A stretch of DNA of 64,000 nucleotides from Marsupella aquatica (lineage: Eukaryota > Plantae > Marchantiophyta). The stretch is from assembly GCA_973895155.1 (NCBI GenBank), contig OZ316896.1, positions 23,580,600 to 23,644,599 of the forward strand, given 5' to 3'. The translations under genes and the position numbers were made by a program. The notes beneath the pieces are model-generated. The model saw only the letters and a program-made list of their open reading frames with translations, was not told the DNA's origin and made no database searches. This document shows positions 1-12,707 of the stretch, piece after piece. Numbering within the stretch: position 1 is the first letter of the stretch; the number at the start of each line of letters is the position of its first letter.

Positions 1-302
1 CAGGTGAACACATTATCTTCCGGTCTGCAGTGATTAGGTGGGGTGTGTGTACATGGCCTCTAGGAACAACCCCAATTTAAGGAATACTGAAGTATTAGAT
101 TAATTCCAATTTTATCTAAATATTATTAGTTAATGAATGATCAACCTCTTTAACATTTGGTGGGATAGTCAAAAACTTCAAATGTTTTGTTGCAAGATCT
201 TTATAACAATGCATCACTAAATGACATCAAGTACCTCTTGATCCATGCACAAATCCTTAATTAAACTGTCATTCATTGTTTCAATTGTCTATTTAATTAT
301 TA

Positions 303-864
303 TAGGGTTGAATACAAAAAAGATTGACACGCACCAGGGTGCGTGACCTACAATCATAGTAAGTACCACCCTTTAATTAGTTAGTTTCTTTACAACAATT
401 AATAGGATTGTTGTATATTACAATGTCTACTCGATATTCATTTGAATGTCAATAATATCATGCCTTAATATCACCAAACTAAGGCCCCACTAACTAATAT
501 TATATCTTAAATAAACTAACCAACTAACTAACTTGTCTATTGAATTACTATATTAGGGTTGAATACAAAAAAGATTGACACGCACCAGGGTGCGTGACCT
601 ACAATCATAGTATCACCCTTTAATTAGTTAGTTTCTATTGCTTTGACTCAATCAGGCATGGAACCATATAAAATCAGAAATCATTGAAAGTTGAGTTCAC
701 TTGAAGGTGTAACTATAATTATTATTTATTAATAGGATTGTTGTATATTACAATGTCTACTCGACATTCATTTGAATGTCAATAATATCATGCCTTAATA
801 TCACCAAACTAAGGCCCCACTAACTACTATTATATCTTAAATAAACTAACCAACTAACTAACTT
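303..864. repeat. AT-rich direct duplications at the 3' side of the DUF7869/Sola-like element
   Basis: TAGGGTTGAATACAAAAAAGATTGACACGCACCAGGGTGCGTGACCTACAATCATAGTA occurs at ~303 and ~555. AATAGGATTGTTGTATATTA...CAACTAACTAACTT occurs at ~401-534 and ~731-864. Confidence 0.8.
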
Positions 865-958
865 AGACAATAAGACTTGTCTAATCTTGAGTTCTCTGGC
901 TACTACTATTCTGAGTTGCCTTTTAAACTGTATGCTAAACTACATGCTTCATTATTGT

Positions 959-3900
959 CTAGGATTTGTCACTTGCTATGCATGTCAAGAGATAGTCTCT
1001 TGTCTTGGCAGCAACATTCTTTGGAATTCCTACCAGCCCTGTCACTGGTCCTTTGCGTGCTTTGAAACACCACAAGGCAGAGGAAACATCTAGTGTCTCA
1101 GCTTCCTTGTATATTGGAGCTGGATCACGTTCCCATTTCTTATCCCAAGAATCTGCCCACCGCTCTCTTGGCTGCGAGTCTGATTGACCACGTTGCTTCT
1201 TTGCCATAAATGGTCTAAACCACTCAACGCCACATACATGAGTAAGAAAGTTTTGTTCATTCACTGGTCCTTCTACCACATCTGTAACAACTAACCCCAT
1301 ATGGACGGGATAAACATCCAGGTCTGAGTCGTCTGGCCGTACCAACACATAACAGCCTTTCACAACATCAACCCTAGGGTTAAAACTCTAAGGAGGTTTA
1401 TCTTTTGCTGGTCCCACGTAATCCACTGTTGCCTCCAACTCACATGCCACATTTCGATATTCTGGTGGAACGTGCTCTCTCCATATTGATAAAGGCCAAA
1501 ACCCGTATTCCAAGTTGTGTGCACCTTCAGGTTCATATTGCACCTGCTCACCCTGTAGAGTATCTACAATGTCATTCCAATAATTGATGAGAGTTGTCCA
1601 ACGTCGCTTTGGTTCTTCCTCTTTTGTTCGCTTTAGAATAAACTCAAAGAATGACACATGCTTCTTCAACCCTGTCAACACTTCAGGAAGCATTTTCAGC
1701 TCCATCATTGGTAGCCTTTTGGGCACCCCAATTGGGATGTGAGGACTTTTGTCATCTTTCCATGACCACATTTCAATACCTTCCTTGGGTAACCATCCCT
1801 GATCAGTTGACTTCATTTTGTATTGGAAGCATGGCATACTATCATGACGAACATAGAACCTAAACAACCTGGGTTTCAAATGCCCCACCAATGCCTTAGG
1901 GCCCTTTAACATGAATGGAGTTAAGTAGCTTTTGAAATCTAGGACCTCCTGTAGAAAATGTGGGACTGCATTGGGTGTCCTTGCTCTCATGAACAAGGAC
2001 ATTAACTCAGACAATGAGTATGTGGGGTTATGCATCATAGACTCTGAAAAATGCCCAAACATACCGTCAACGTCCTCATGAGTATGTCAAACCACCATAA
2101 AACCAAGATGAACCTCTTCAAACACCTCCCTTGCCGTCAACAATGACAAATAAGCCATCATATATCTGTTCTTGTTGTCTGAGGCACAATTATCCAGTTG
2201 TAACTTCAATACTCGTGGAAGGGGCCTGAACTTTGGTGCCTCAGGTGCTGCATCACAATGTAACAATCTCAGAATGCTTTTAAATAAAACCCTAGTCAGA
2301 CCCTAAACCCCAATGTAGGGTTTAGGGTTTAAACCCTATTAATGAAACCTTGGCTGGGAGGAGCAACAACTACACAAAGTAGAGTGTCAGTGTGTGTGAG
2401 CTTTTATTATTAATAATAAAAGGATTATGAGTTAAGTACCTAGGGTTGAGATGTAGGCAATGTCATCCTCAAATGCTCTAAGGACACTTGCCTCCAAGAT
2501 ATCTTTTCTCCCAAAAAGGAGGTCTTTAAAAAGACTTGTGGAGTCTGGCCCCTCCACAAGAGATTTGATCATTGGATTTGGGTTTTCCAACATCCTTAGT
2601 ATTGAATCAATTGACCCAATAGTGACGTTGACATCACCTGGCCACACTCCAACATGATATTGGGCTATGGCCTTGGGACCATGACCATGAGTAACCTAGA
2701 TACCAGTGACAGTAATTGGGAACTTTTGGGCACCATCCACATGCTTAGGATTGAAGGGCATTCTTTGAGCTGTCTTTGAATGATCCATCTTATCATGAAT
2801 AAGGCATAACACTTCCTTTGGACGATGGATGGACTCATATCTCCAAGTATGATAGCACATTCTTTGCTGTGTGTGGTCTTGGTGATGTTCCTCCTCGTCA
2901 CGCCTTAGGCCCTCTAACTCTTCCTTAGCTCCTGTAAGGTTTGCTTTCCGTTGAAGCAACTCACTACAAGTTGTACACTTTGAAAAGTTGTTGCCCTTTT
3001 TGTGATGCGAGAACTCCCTGAAATACATCTGATGTAGATGACTCAAGGTGGGTTGGGAAATTGGAGGAAGACCAGCCTCCTTGTTGACAACATTAACCCT
3101 GTTTCTAATATTCTCCCAAGTAAGATTCGTTGGCAATTTCCTCAAAACCATCCTTGTATTATCTGCCATGGTTCTCAACTTGGCTGGATGATGATCAACT
3201 GCCTCCTCAATAATCTCTTTCATTGACATGAAAGCTTGAGATACTTTCTCGGACATACGCCTTTTTCCAGCATTACCATGGGTACCTATGTTCATTCCAG
3301 CCATCACAGTCTTCTTTAAGGCATAAAATTGAGTCTTTCCTCTTGAATGAATGATTCTCCATGCCTCCAAGCACAATACTTTGCCCTCCACTGCTAGAAT
3401 CCTTTCGCCAGTACCCAAGTGTATTGTATTTTTAATAGCCTTGATTTCCTCCTCCTTGCGCTCCGCAAAAGATTTTGACCACCACTTTTGCCTAATTGCC
3501 ATAGCCAAGTTGCGGTCCAAATATTGGCAACAATGTTCACTACAACAGTCCTTCGTGTTTATCAACAACACATCTTGACGTGCCAAAGATGTGTCTCTTC
3601 TAGATGTGTGGGAAGATGGACTCTTTCTTTTCCTACTTTTATGGACGTAGGACCGCTTGCCACTTGTTGGAGATGTGTTCCCTCCCACAACTTGCCTGAT
3701 GTTGTGGAAAGACAACAAGTTGCCATCCTTGGCAATGAGTTGGTCCATCGACCAAGCTTTTAAGCAATCTCTATGCTTCAGATGATCTATGGTAGCTCCC
3801 TCGACAAAATCGTTGATCAGAATTCCCACATGTGTATTCCCAAGGGTGACATCCCCAAGCTTCACTATAGGATCTAGGACATGTATAGTTGCCACTGCAA

Positions 3901-4327
3901 AAATCAACTTGTTCTCATCCACCACCTTTACAGGCATGCCCATCCACAATGCCTTTGGTAAAACTACTTCCACACCAGACCGACTCTCATTATGGTTGTT
4001 CCCATCAGAATTTTGCTTGACTGGATCTTGATCATCACCAACATTGCCAAACACATCCTCCGATTCCATGGGAGCTCAAAAAAGCTGATTCCTTTCCCAT
4101 ACAAGGTAACCCCCAATCATGTCCTTCAAAAGTTCGCCATCTTCGCATAGAATAGTCTCGTCAAAAACTTCCTCCAATAGAAGAAGAACTCTGTCCGGCC
4201 CAAGAGGAACATTGTGACAAACCCTGGAAGGATCAAGACTTATCATGCGACCTTTTCCAACCTATTTCTCACGTATGCCTATAATAACTTGTCCGCCTTC
4301 CCTGATCCAGACTGTCGATGTCACCAT
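959..4327 (-). pseudogene. DDE DNA-transposon transposase, DUF7869/Sola-like, disrupted by stops and frameshifts
   Basis: ORFs 2696-4069, 2432-2647, 1388-2062 and 959-1363 plus manual translation give CTTC...H...HxxQR, LIHDKMD, LPRVLKLQLDNCASDNKNRY and FMVV*HTHEDVDGMFGHFS (GHTHEDxD motif with GGA>TGA). An in-frame upstream ATG lies at 4327, with two stops before 4069. Confidence 0.75.
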
Positions 4328-4369
4328 AATAATTATGATCCTGCACATCAGAGAATATCACTGTAAGCG

Positions 4370-5239
4370 TACAGTCCTGTCACGTCCGTGAACTGCACTG
4401 CACTGTCCTGTCAAGTCCGTCAACAAGCAGAATGTAGTCAATGCACTGCACTGCACGCGACTGGTCACGTGACCCTAGAGGTACCACACATACCGGCAAC
4501 AGACTATGCATGGTACGTCAGTCATTTCAAGTGAATGAGAACGACTACAATCGATTACGATCAATCATTTCACATCCACTCAGAAAAAATGAGTGGACAG
4601 TACCAATTTACCAATGAGTGGACACTGGACAGTCAGTAACTATTGAGGACCCTCATTAGCACTTCACTAGCAATCAGTATTCTTGGGAGGGTCGCCAAAC
4701 GAGAAATTAAAGCCACAATTAGAGGACAACTGAACTTCCCGCCAATTCTAATAAGCGCCAGTAAAACGTCCATGAACTGCATTGTCCTGTCACGAAAGTT
4801 AACAAGTAAGCAGAATGTAGTCAATGCACTGCCCTGCACGCGACTAGTCGCGTCACCTTAGTAAGAGGGTGTAGGGATAATAGGGTCTACGACGGAGAAG
4901 CTAGAAGCCTAGGCCCAAACTCTAGCTCGTATTTGGTGCTTCATAAAGAAGATACGATTGCGCGTGAGACAGTAAGATACAATTACGGATCTGAAGGCAT
5001 CACACATACCGGCAATAGACTATGCATGGTCCGTCAGTCATTTCAAGCGAATGAGAACGACTACAATCGATTACGATTAATCATTTCAACTCCACTAAAA
5101 AAATGAATGGACAGTACCAGTTTACCAATAAGTGGACACTAGACAGTCAGTAACTACTGACCCTCATAAGCAATCTCAGTACTTCACTAGCAATCAGTAC
5201 TCCCGGGCCGGTCGACAAACATGAAATTAAAGCCATAAT
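4370..5239. repeat. Degenerate direct repeats upstream of the transposase (subterminal region)
   Basis: The block AAGCAGAATGTAGTCAATGCACTGC...CACACATACCGGCAA...GAGAACGACTACAATCGATTACGA...GAAATTAAAGCCA(C/T)AATT occurs at ~4425-4720 and again at ~4808-5240. Confidence 0.75.
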
Positions 5240-6586
5240 TGCCGATTTCTTTTCTTTCTCCAGTAGTTTCAGCAGACTCTGCATGCCTGGTTGCTGCATC
5301 GGCAAGTCCTCCTTCTTGGGCCTAAACACCTGCTCGATCGTAGGGCTAACAGGTGGTTGAGGCTTCTCAGCCAACGGCCTTGGCGTTGGAGCTTCCTCGG
5401 GTGCCCTTACCTGCAGGGGAAGTACTGGGGCAAAAGTCTGACCTCTGGCATACCGGCACAACAGCGGCATGTGATAGCCAAGCCGCGACACGCTCCCCAT
5501 GCCGATTACCTGCTGCTCCTCCTTTAAGATCTTCTTCAATTGGTTGAGGAGGTACCCGTTGTAGTCCCGGCTTGGGTCTGGCCTTTCTGCCAGGTAGACC
5601 TGTGCCTTGCCGATCTCTGCCCTCGGCAAGTTACAATGCATGGTCACCCGCAAGAAGTCGATCATCTCTCCTATGTGCGGGTTGGTGCAGGTGTTCCGGA
5701 AGAAGCCATTCTTCGTTGATGGCCCGGGGAACGACCGGAACTCCTTGTCAGGCAAGGTCTTCCTGGTATCAACTTTGGTCTTATTGCCTATCGGCAAGCC
5801 AAACACTTCGGCAATTACCTTGGGAGTAAGATAGAAATCCTTCCCATATATCCTCGTGCAATTGGTCTCGGGTTCCCATGACCCCACAAATTCTAATAGG
5901 TCTGACTCCGGTACCTCCGGCTTCAGCCATGGTAATCTTACAAAGGCCTCTAAGCCGGATCCGGCCATGAAGCCTTGGTACTTCTTGGTCTGCATGGCCG
6001 TAAAGCATGCATCCTCCTCCCGTGCAAAATGTAGTTGCACCTCCACCGGTAGGGTTGCCGCCCAGCCCTTCCAGGTGTCATCCCTGGTTGGAATGGCCTT
6101 GATGGGATCGACCTCCTCCTCTTCGGCTTCTCCCTGCCTCTTGCTCTGCTGCTCGGCTGGCTTCTTTGGTGCCGCCGACCTTGTTCTTTTTGCCGGGGTG
6201 GCTTCATCGTTGACGGCTCCCTTCCTCTTCATCTCTGCTGCCGTGGAGGTTTGTCCTAGCACCGTTGCCTGGGTCCACCTTTCCGTGCTACCCTTTAATT
6301 CCCAGTGTATGTCGTTGCAGTTCTTGATGGCCTCTCGGATGCCGACGACGCTATCTTTGCAAAATAGAAGATCGTCGAGTTGATTGGAAGTAGGCGTCCA
6401 CAGGAACTCGTCCTTGATGAGTTCGCCTCCTAAGAAAGCCGTCTTCTGCAACTCCCACAATCGAGCGAGCTCCTGCCGTTCTCGAGCTGCCCTTTCTGAT
6501 TCCTCGTCCTCGTAAGTCTTGATGTACTCAGTTGCCCGTTCAAACAGGCATCCCCAGAAATGTGCCGCTTGATTGACGTTGCTCAT
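5147..6586 (-). pseudogene. LTR-encoded accessory ORF, N-terminal part, fused at the breakpoint to unrelated sequence
   Basis: 479-aa ORF near-identical to 24983-26782 up to ...LLEKEKKSA, then reads into the flanking repeat. Confidence 0.8.
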
Positions 6587-6961
6587 ACCCTCCTTAGGTC
6601 GATCGTCGGTATCTACTCTCTCCCTGAGTGCTTGCCTAAGCAGCTGACAGTAGTTGGCCTCCCGTAGTCGTCTGCCTAGTTCGTGCTCGCAAATGAGCCA
6701 CCATCTCCTGCAAGCGCTCCTTACCCCTCTCCTCTACCGGTCCTTCTTCCCGTTGATCCTTCCTAGCCGCCGATGCTTAACGCGCCCTAACCCTAATCGA
6801 GTTTTCACCCTCAGCGTCCTTACCTCCGGCCTCGGCCCGAGTTCCATGGTTGCCCCTAATTGTTTATATTTTCCTTGTTTTGTCCCTATACTAAGGTGTT
6901 CCTAGGGTCCTTCCTGCTTTACCCACTTAACTGGCCGAGTGATTCCTGTCTAGGCATCACA
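5240..6961 (-). repeat. 3' LTR of copy A (first ~1.7 kb only)
   Basis: Starts TGTGATGCCTAGACAGGAATC at 6961 (minus), directly after the PPT. Near-identical to 15735-14013 and to 24610 onward. Identity stops abruptly at ~5240. Confidence 0.9.
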
Positions 6962-7996
6962 TAGCTCCCCACTTAATTGTGAAGCGTCCTCGCGAACAAC
7001 TTCATCTTCGTCCATATAGTATTTCCTGAGGCGGTCATAATGGATGCGAACTGGATATACCTCTCCCGTAATGTTGGCCAATTGTACGGAGCCATTGGGG
7101 AACATCATGGTTACTCTAAAGGGTCCTAACCAGCGAGTGTAAAGCTTTCCTGGAAACCTACTATACCTACTGTCATAAAGTAGCACAAGATCACCGGTGT
7201 GAATACTAACTACTTTCAACTTTTTATCATACTGCTGCTTCATGATATTCTGTCTATATTCTACTCTCTCGGCTGAAATCATTCTCGCCTCCTCTAAAGC
7301 TTCTAACCTATATTCTCGCTCCTTTAGGCTCTCCTCCGATGAGGCTCTTTCCTCAATTGTAACTTGAAATGTCGGTATCTCAAGTTGCATGGGTACCAGG
7401 GCTTCTTGTCCAAAGGTTAAGAAGAAGGGTGTATGACCGGTAGTGGATTTATAGGCAAGATTGTAAGCAAAAACAGCAGCAAACAATTTATCATCCCAAT
7501 CGAGTTTGTTCTGAGCTACTATCTTGTTCAATATCTTTCCTATAATTCCGTTTGCTCGTTCTGTCAACCCATTTGCCTTTGGATGGTAGGGAGTAGTAGG
7601 CCTATGTTTAACTAAATACTGCTCATTTAAACGACTAATTATATCATTCAAAAAATGGGTTCCTCTATCACTAACTAATTCTAGGGGTGCTCCATACCTG
7701 GTGAAGATCTGGTCATACATGAATCTAGCCATAGTAATTGCATCATCCTTCGTTGTTGGTCTGGCCTCTACCCATTTAGTTGCATAATCCGTAGCCAGGA
7801 TTATGTACTTGTTCCGTCGAGGGTGGGTCAGTGGTTTTAGAGGTCCAATGTAATCAATACCCCACTTCTCGAATGGTGCCAGAGGTAGAATAGGGTGCAG
7901 TGGATGTCTGGTGTGGACGCCCTTGGTCCTCCCGCTCGTTGACAAGGATCGCATTGTTTGATAAACTGATAGACATCCTTGTGCAAGGTGGGCCAC
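6950..7996 (-). pseudogene. Retrotransposon integrase core and C-terminus, frameshifted from upstream pol
   Basis: FEKWGIDYIGP, LVSDRGTHF, YHPKANGLTERANG, WLGPFRV. The HHCC part lies in ORF 7837-9363, with a frameshift near 7930. The stop codon falls inside the LTR. Confidence 0.92.
6965..6974 (-). promoter_or_regulatory. Polypurine tract (PPT)
   Basis: Minus strand reads AAGTGGGGAG-CTA immediately before the LTR start TGTGATG. Confidence 0.7.
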
Positions 7997-9418
7997 CAGT
8001 AACCGGCATTTAATATCTTCTTAGACGTGGTTACTGGGGCAAAATGTCCTCCGGCCTCCTCTCCATGCATGGCCCGTAGGACTCGTTTTACCTCTCTCTT
8101 TTCCAAACACCTTTGAATCGTGCCGTTGATTCCATGCTTGTGCAGTATGCCTTTAATGCACTGATACTGTCTGACCTTCCGCACAAAGACTGCGGCTTGC
8201 TCTCGGCTTAATCCTGGCTGTAATCTGGAAGTGCTGAGAAATTGTAAAATCTCAGGGTACCATGTATCAGCTATTTCCACAATGAATAGCTCCTCGTCGG
8301 GGAATCGATCATCGATGCAATCCGTGGCAGGTTTACCTGTGATCCTTGAAAAGAAGTCGGCATTGGCATGTAACTTTCCCGGCTTGATCCTCAGCTCATA
8401 GTCAAACTCCTGTAATAGCAAAATCCATCTTGCTACTCTGCCTGTAAGGTCCGGCTTATTGACTAGGTACTTCAAACTTTCATGATCGGTATGAAAGATT
8501 ACCTTGTACCCTAGTAAATAATGCCTAAACTTTTTACAAGAATAAATGACTCCTAATGCTTCTCTCTCTGTGGTGGAGTAGTTCCGTTCGGCATCGGCAA
8601 GCTGACGGCTTGCGAAGTATATGGGATGGTCCCTTCCTTTCTCATCCAACTGACTTAGTACTGAGCCAATACAGAAGCCCGAGACATCTACAAAAACATG
8701 AAAATCTTTGTTCCAGTCCGGTGCTATCATGACTGGGGCCTCTACTAACATCTGCTTCAATTCTACCACCGCTGTGACTCGTTCGGGTGTGGGTTCGAAG
8801 TCTGCTCCTGCCTTGAGCATGTTGGTTAATGGTAAAGCTAGCTTGGCAAAATCCTTGATGAACCGGCGATAGTAACCAATGCATCCCAAGAAGGATCTTA
8901 CATCCTTTATGTTCTTAGGTTGCATGATATCTAGCCATACTGCTAGCTTACCTTTGTCAATCTCAATGCCCTTCCTTGATACCTTGTGACCTAGTAGCAC
9001 CCCCTCGGTTACTGCAAAGAAACATTTATCTGGGTGTAACTTGAGACCCACCTCTCTACATCTCATGAAGGTTTTCCTGAGGTATTTAACATGTTTCGAT
9101 GCCTTCCCGAATACTGCAAAGTCATCAATGAAGATTTCCATGAACTTTCTCAAGTAATCATGAAAAATGTTCACCATTAATCGTTGAAACATAGCTGGTG
9201 CGTTGCAGAGTCCAAACGGCATACGATTGAAGACATAGATCCCCCATTCCGTGATGAAGGCCGTCTTGATTTGGTCTTCCTGCCGAATCCTGATTTGGTT
9301 ATAACCAGAGTATCCATCCATGAATGAATATAGTTCATGACTGGCTACCATGTCTAGTATCATATCAGTAAACGGTAAAGGAAAATGGTCTTTTAATGTT
9401 GCTTCATTCAGCTTCCTC
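7837..9418 (-). pseudogene. Reverse transcriptase - RNase H - integrase Zn finger (RT N-terminus missing)
   Basis: RKLNEATLKDHFPLPF, MPFGLCNAPAMFQ, FIDDF, VDVSGFCIGSVLSQ, YSTTEREAL, HTDH, H...GGH...CDPCQR. Confidence 0.93.
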
Positions 9419-9667
9419 CATAAACTGGAATCTCGGCTAGACTAGCCGAGTCGGTCCCTTCCTTGGTGTCCATAGATTGTCCCCTTGCCGGTCTATTCGG
9501 TTTTGAATTGGTGGTCGGCTCCCCTTCCTGCCTTGGCTCTGGATTGTGTCTGTCCATCTCATCCACCTCTTGCTCCTCAGAGTCAGGCCGCTGTGCTCTC
9601 TCAGCTTCTAATAGGGCCTCAATTTGTTCTGCCCTCGTAATCGGCTTGTATGCCGATCCCTTGGTAT

Positions 9668-12661
9668 TTAATTCCTTGCCGATGATCGATGGCGTTGTGA
9701 ACCCTGCCGGCTCTGCCACAATGCCTGTAGAAAATCCATTGTCCCTGCTACTGCTCCCCACTTAGCCGTTTCATCCAATTGGTCTACATCCTTTACTTCC
9801 TCCGGAATTGCAGCTAAAAAGGTGGATTCTATTGTAAAGCAGTCCTCGACCTCTTCGTCTTCTTCTTCCAAGTCACCTTCCATTGGTTCTTGCCATAATC
9901 CGCTGGGGGGTACCTCTGGTCCAAAGACACTTTCTTCGGTTAGGTCAGTGAGGCATTCTAACCAACGTACTTCATCGGCTGACTCCAGTCCACTGTCGTA
10001 CCCATCTACTTCCCTTATGCTTTTCCTACGGTCATCCTTAGTGTCCCAGGATACCGTGATAGAGGGGGTCCCGAAAGTGAACTGCTTTTTACCCCAATCT
10101 TCTATTACCTCGGCTAGGTACAGCCATGGCCTACCAATCAATAGCCGGAATGACGTAGGATTTACCGGCTTCATTACTACATAGTTAATGCTAAAGAAGA
10201 TACCTCCTATCTCTATCTTGATGCCGGTTAACACTCCCGTGGGAATGACCTGATATCCATTGGCCATGTTCAACACTCTTCCAGTCATCTCCGGTGTTAG
10301 ACCCCACCCTTTTGCTGTTGAATCAATCATAATACATACCCCTGATCCTCCATCGATGGGTACCCATAGTAATAATTCTCCTTGAATCATTAATGGTAAT
10401 GCTGGGGCTCCTTGATCTTCTTCTATCATTAGTACGTCGGATCTGGTTGCTACCTTGGGTAATCTCGGCTTGCCGAGAATAGCCTTCCTTAATTGCTTCC
10501 GGAAGTACGGGCTATTTTTCAATAGTTGACCTACTGTTGCCGAGACTCTAGATTCTAGTACATCTTTAGCCAGGTCATAGGGAACAATCGGCTTCTCCTC
10601 TGGTGGTGTCTCCATCTTGGATTCGGCCAGTTTTGCCACGCTAGTCTCCACAGCTGTTGGGTCTTCCGAAGCAAACAATGCTTTTGCTCGTTTTACATCC
10701 TTGGCAATGGCTTCGGTATTCTCCAGGGTTTCTAATTCTCTTAGTTGTTCCTTAACACTAGCCGTAACAGAGGGGTAGAACAACTTAGGATGATCTCGAT
10801 TGAAGTCGCTATCTTGTGAAGGATTGGTTTCACTGGTGGGCTCATGGCTTACCTGTATTGCCGGAGCCCTCCCTTCTCCTTCTGTTGATGTTGACGAAGA
10901 GTCGATCCTTTCCTCCGTAACCTTCCCTTTATTTTTGGCCAGCCCATCCCACCTTTCCTTCCTTCTGGTAGATCGAGTAGAGACCCGGTAGCAATCATGA
11001 TCTAAATCCTCCTCTGAGAAGGTTGATAGGGCTTCGGCCTCATCATCAGATGGTACGAACTCTGCCTCGGCATCCTCTTGCCATCCTAGTTCGATGTGGT
11101 TGCTTTGAACTCCTCCGGGGGTAGTACCTGGCGGTAAGATCTTGACCGGCAAAAGTTTATGATTTGCGGCCAGGCCTGCCAACCAAGTAGGACATTGCCC
11201 TAGCATATGACCTTCCTGTTGGCATCCCATACATAGCTGAGCTGGTTGTCCATCACCCTGTTTGCGTGCATTCGGGCATTCTCTAGCAAAATGGCCAGGT
11301 TGACCACAATTATAGCACACCGCAAATCTTTGCACATTCGGCCTAGGAGGTACTGACGGGTTCTGAATAATCCGAGGATACATCTCTCCTGGATTGTTCC
11401 TTAACCCTGACCATAGAGATGCAGGTCTGTTGGATAGGTCTCGTGCTCCAGTCTCACTGATGCCGAAAACACTATCAGCGGCATCTCCTAAAAAGTACTC
11501 TACTTCTCCCTGACATGGTCTGATCTCGGCCACATGCCGAACATGATTAGTATTAAGCTTAGGGCACGCATCTTTATAGTGTCCGGTTTTATAACATAAG
11601 GCACACCATACAGAGCTATCCTCCTGTACTACCTTCTTCTTCGGTTTTACCTCTGCAATGATAGCCTTAAGTTGCTCGGTAAGGGCTACGATGTTATTTG
11701 GTGGCTTAGCCTCCAGCTTGACTTTCGTCTTCCCTCTCCTTCTGCCCTTCCTTTTCCTAGTTTTTTCTTCTTCAGAACTAGAAGATGACTCACTCTTGCT
11801 ACTCCCACTATCCGAGCTTGACTTATCACTTCTAGACTTCTTAGAATGTTTCTTCTTCTTTTCTTTTTTCTTATGGGGTGATCCCTCTTCTGATGAGGAA
11901 CTCTCAGACTTAAGCTGTTTCTTCCGGCTTGTGATATCTGCATTAATGTATAATTGAATATCCTTAATTGCTTCGGCTAAAGTCTCCGGGTTCTCCTTCC
12001 TAATTGCAAAACTCATCTTCTGTGGCAAAGCATTCACCAACCATTGAAGTTGCATACCTTCAGATGCATTGGTCTTTGTACGTCTTACCAGTTTCTGAAA
12101 GCGTTGCAAGAACTTCCTGAAGGATTTGTTCTCCTTGAACCGAAGTCGTCCCAACTTCAACACTGCTAGTTCTGAAGTTCCAATTGGTCGAAACTCCTTA
12201 ACAAAGAGTGTTTTGAAGATATCCCAGATGGCTTGATCTTCCACATCTAATGCTCTGTACCAAGGCCTAGCCTCACCCTTGAACAGGCCGGGAAGAATCT
12301 GCATCTTGATGGCCGATTCTCCATTTGCTGCAGCGGTTCCCTCGAAATCATCCAACCATTCGTCCGGATCCTCATCTCCTCTCCCATGAAATGCCTTGTA
12401 ATGTATGCACGACCGCTGGCTCAATCTGGTCCCTGGCCTCTCGTCTGGCCGTGCCTCTGGTTCCCCCATGTCGGTTGGAGACTCACTTCTCCTTACCGAC
12501 TCTTCTTCTGGTATGTCTTCTTCGACGCCACTTCCAGTTTCGGAGCTACCAGCTCTTTCTGCCCCTCTCAGTCGTTGTGTATCATGCCACCCGGCGAGCT
12601 GCTGCAGTCGAGCTCTCTCCCGTTGAATCACTCTTTCTTCCCTCGGCGTAAGGTCAGTCAT
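9668..12661 (-). CDS. Gag-protease polyprotein with three CCHC zinc knuckles
   Basis: 997-aa ORF with a retrotransposon gag capsid-like region (EDPDEWLDDF...GEARPWY), CALCYKTGHYKDAC, CYNCGQPGHFAREC, CMGCQQEGHMLGQC, and aspartic protease IDGGSG...LLIGRPWL. Confidence 0.9.
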   Translation of the reverse strand: MTDLTPREERVIQRERARLQQLAGWHDTQRLRGAERAGSSETGSGVEEDIPEEESVRRSESPTDMGEPEARPDERPGTRLSQRSCIHYKAFHGRGDEDPDEWLDDFEGTAAANGESAIKMQILPGLFKGEARPWYRALDVEDQAIWDIFKTLFVKEFRPIGTSELAVLKLGRLRFKENKSFRKFLQRFQKLVRRTKTNASEGMQLQWLVNALPQKMSFAIRKENPETLAEAIKDIQLYINADITSRKKQLKSESSSSEEGSPHKKKEKKKKHSKKSRSDKSSSDSGSSKSESSSSSEEEKTRKRKGRRRGKTKVKLEAKPPNNIVALTEQLKAIIAEVKPKKKVVQEDSSVWCALCYKTGHYKDACPKLNTNHVRHVAEIRPCQGEVEYFLGDAADSVFGISETGARDLSNRPASLWSGLRNNPGEMYPRIIQNPSVPPRPNVQRFAVCYNCGQPGHFARECPNARKQGDGQPAQLCMGCQQEGHMLGQCPTWLAGLAANHKLLPVKILPPGTTPGGVQSNHIELGWQEDAEAEFVPSDDEAEALSTFSEEDLDHDCYRVSTRSTRRKERWDGLAKNKGKVTEERIDSSSTSTEGEGRAPAIQVSHEPTSETNPSQDSDFNRDHPKLFYPSVTASVKEQLRELETLENTEAIAKDVKRAKALFASEDPTAVETSVAKLAESKMETPPEEKPIVPYDLAKDVLESRVSATVGQLLKNSPYFRKQLRKAILGKPRLPKVATRSDVLMIEEDQGAPALPLMIQGELLLWVPIDGGSGVCIMIDSTAKGWGLTPEMTGRVLNMANGYQVIPTGVLTGIKIEIGGIFFSINYVVMKPVNPTSFRLLIGRPWLYLAEVIEDWGKKQFTFGTPSITVSWDTKDDRRKSIREVDGYDSGLESADEVRWLECLTDLTEESVFGPEVPPSGLWQEPMEGDLEEEDEEVEDCFTIESTFLAAIPEEVKDVDQLDETAKWGAVAGTMDFLQALWQSRQGSQRHRSSARN

Positions 12662-12707
12662 TACCTACGCTTCCGTTCTAACTTCATATCTCACGGCTTA
12701 AGAAATG

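Noticed and set aside
5291-6905. Many antisense ORFs repeated in each LTR copy (e.g. 175 aa, 83 aa)
   Set aside because: They are shadows of the GC-rich sense ORF and recur only because the LTR is repeated.
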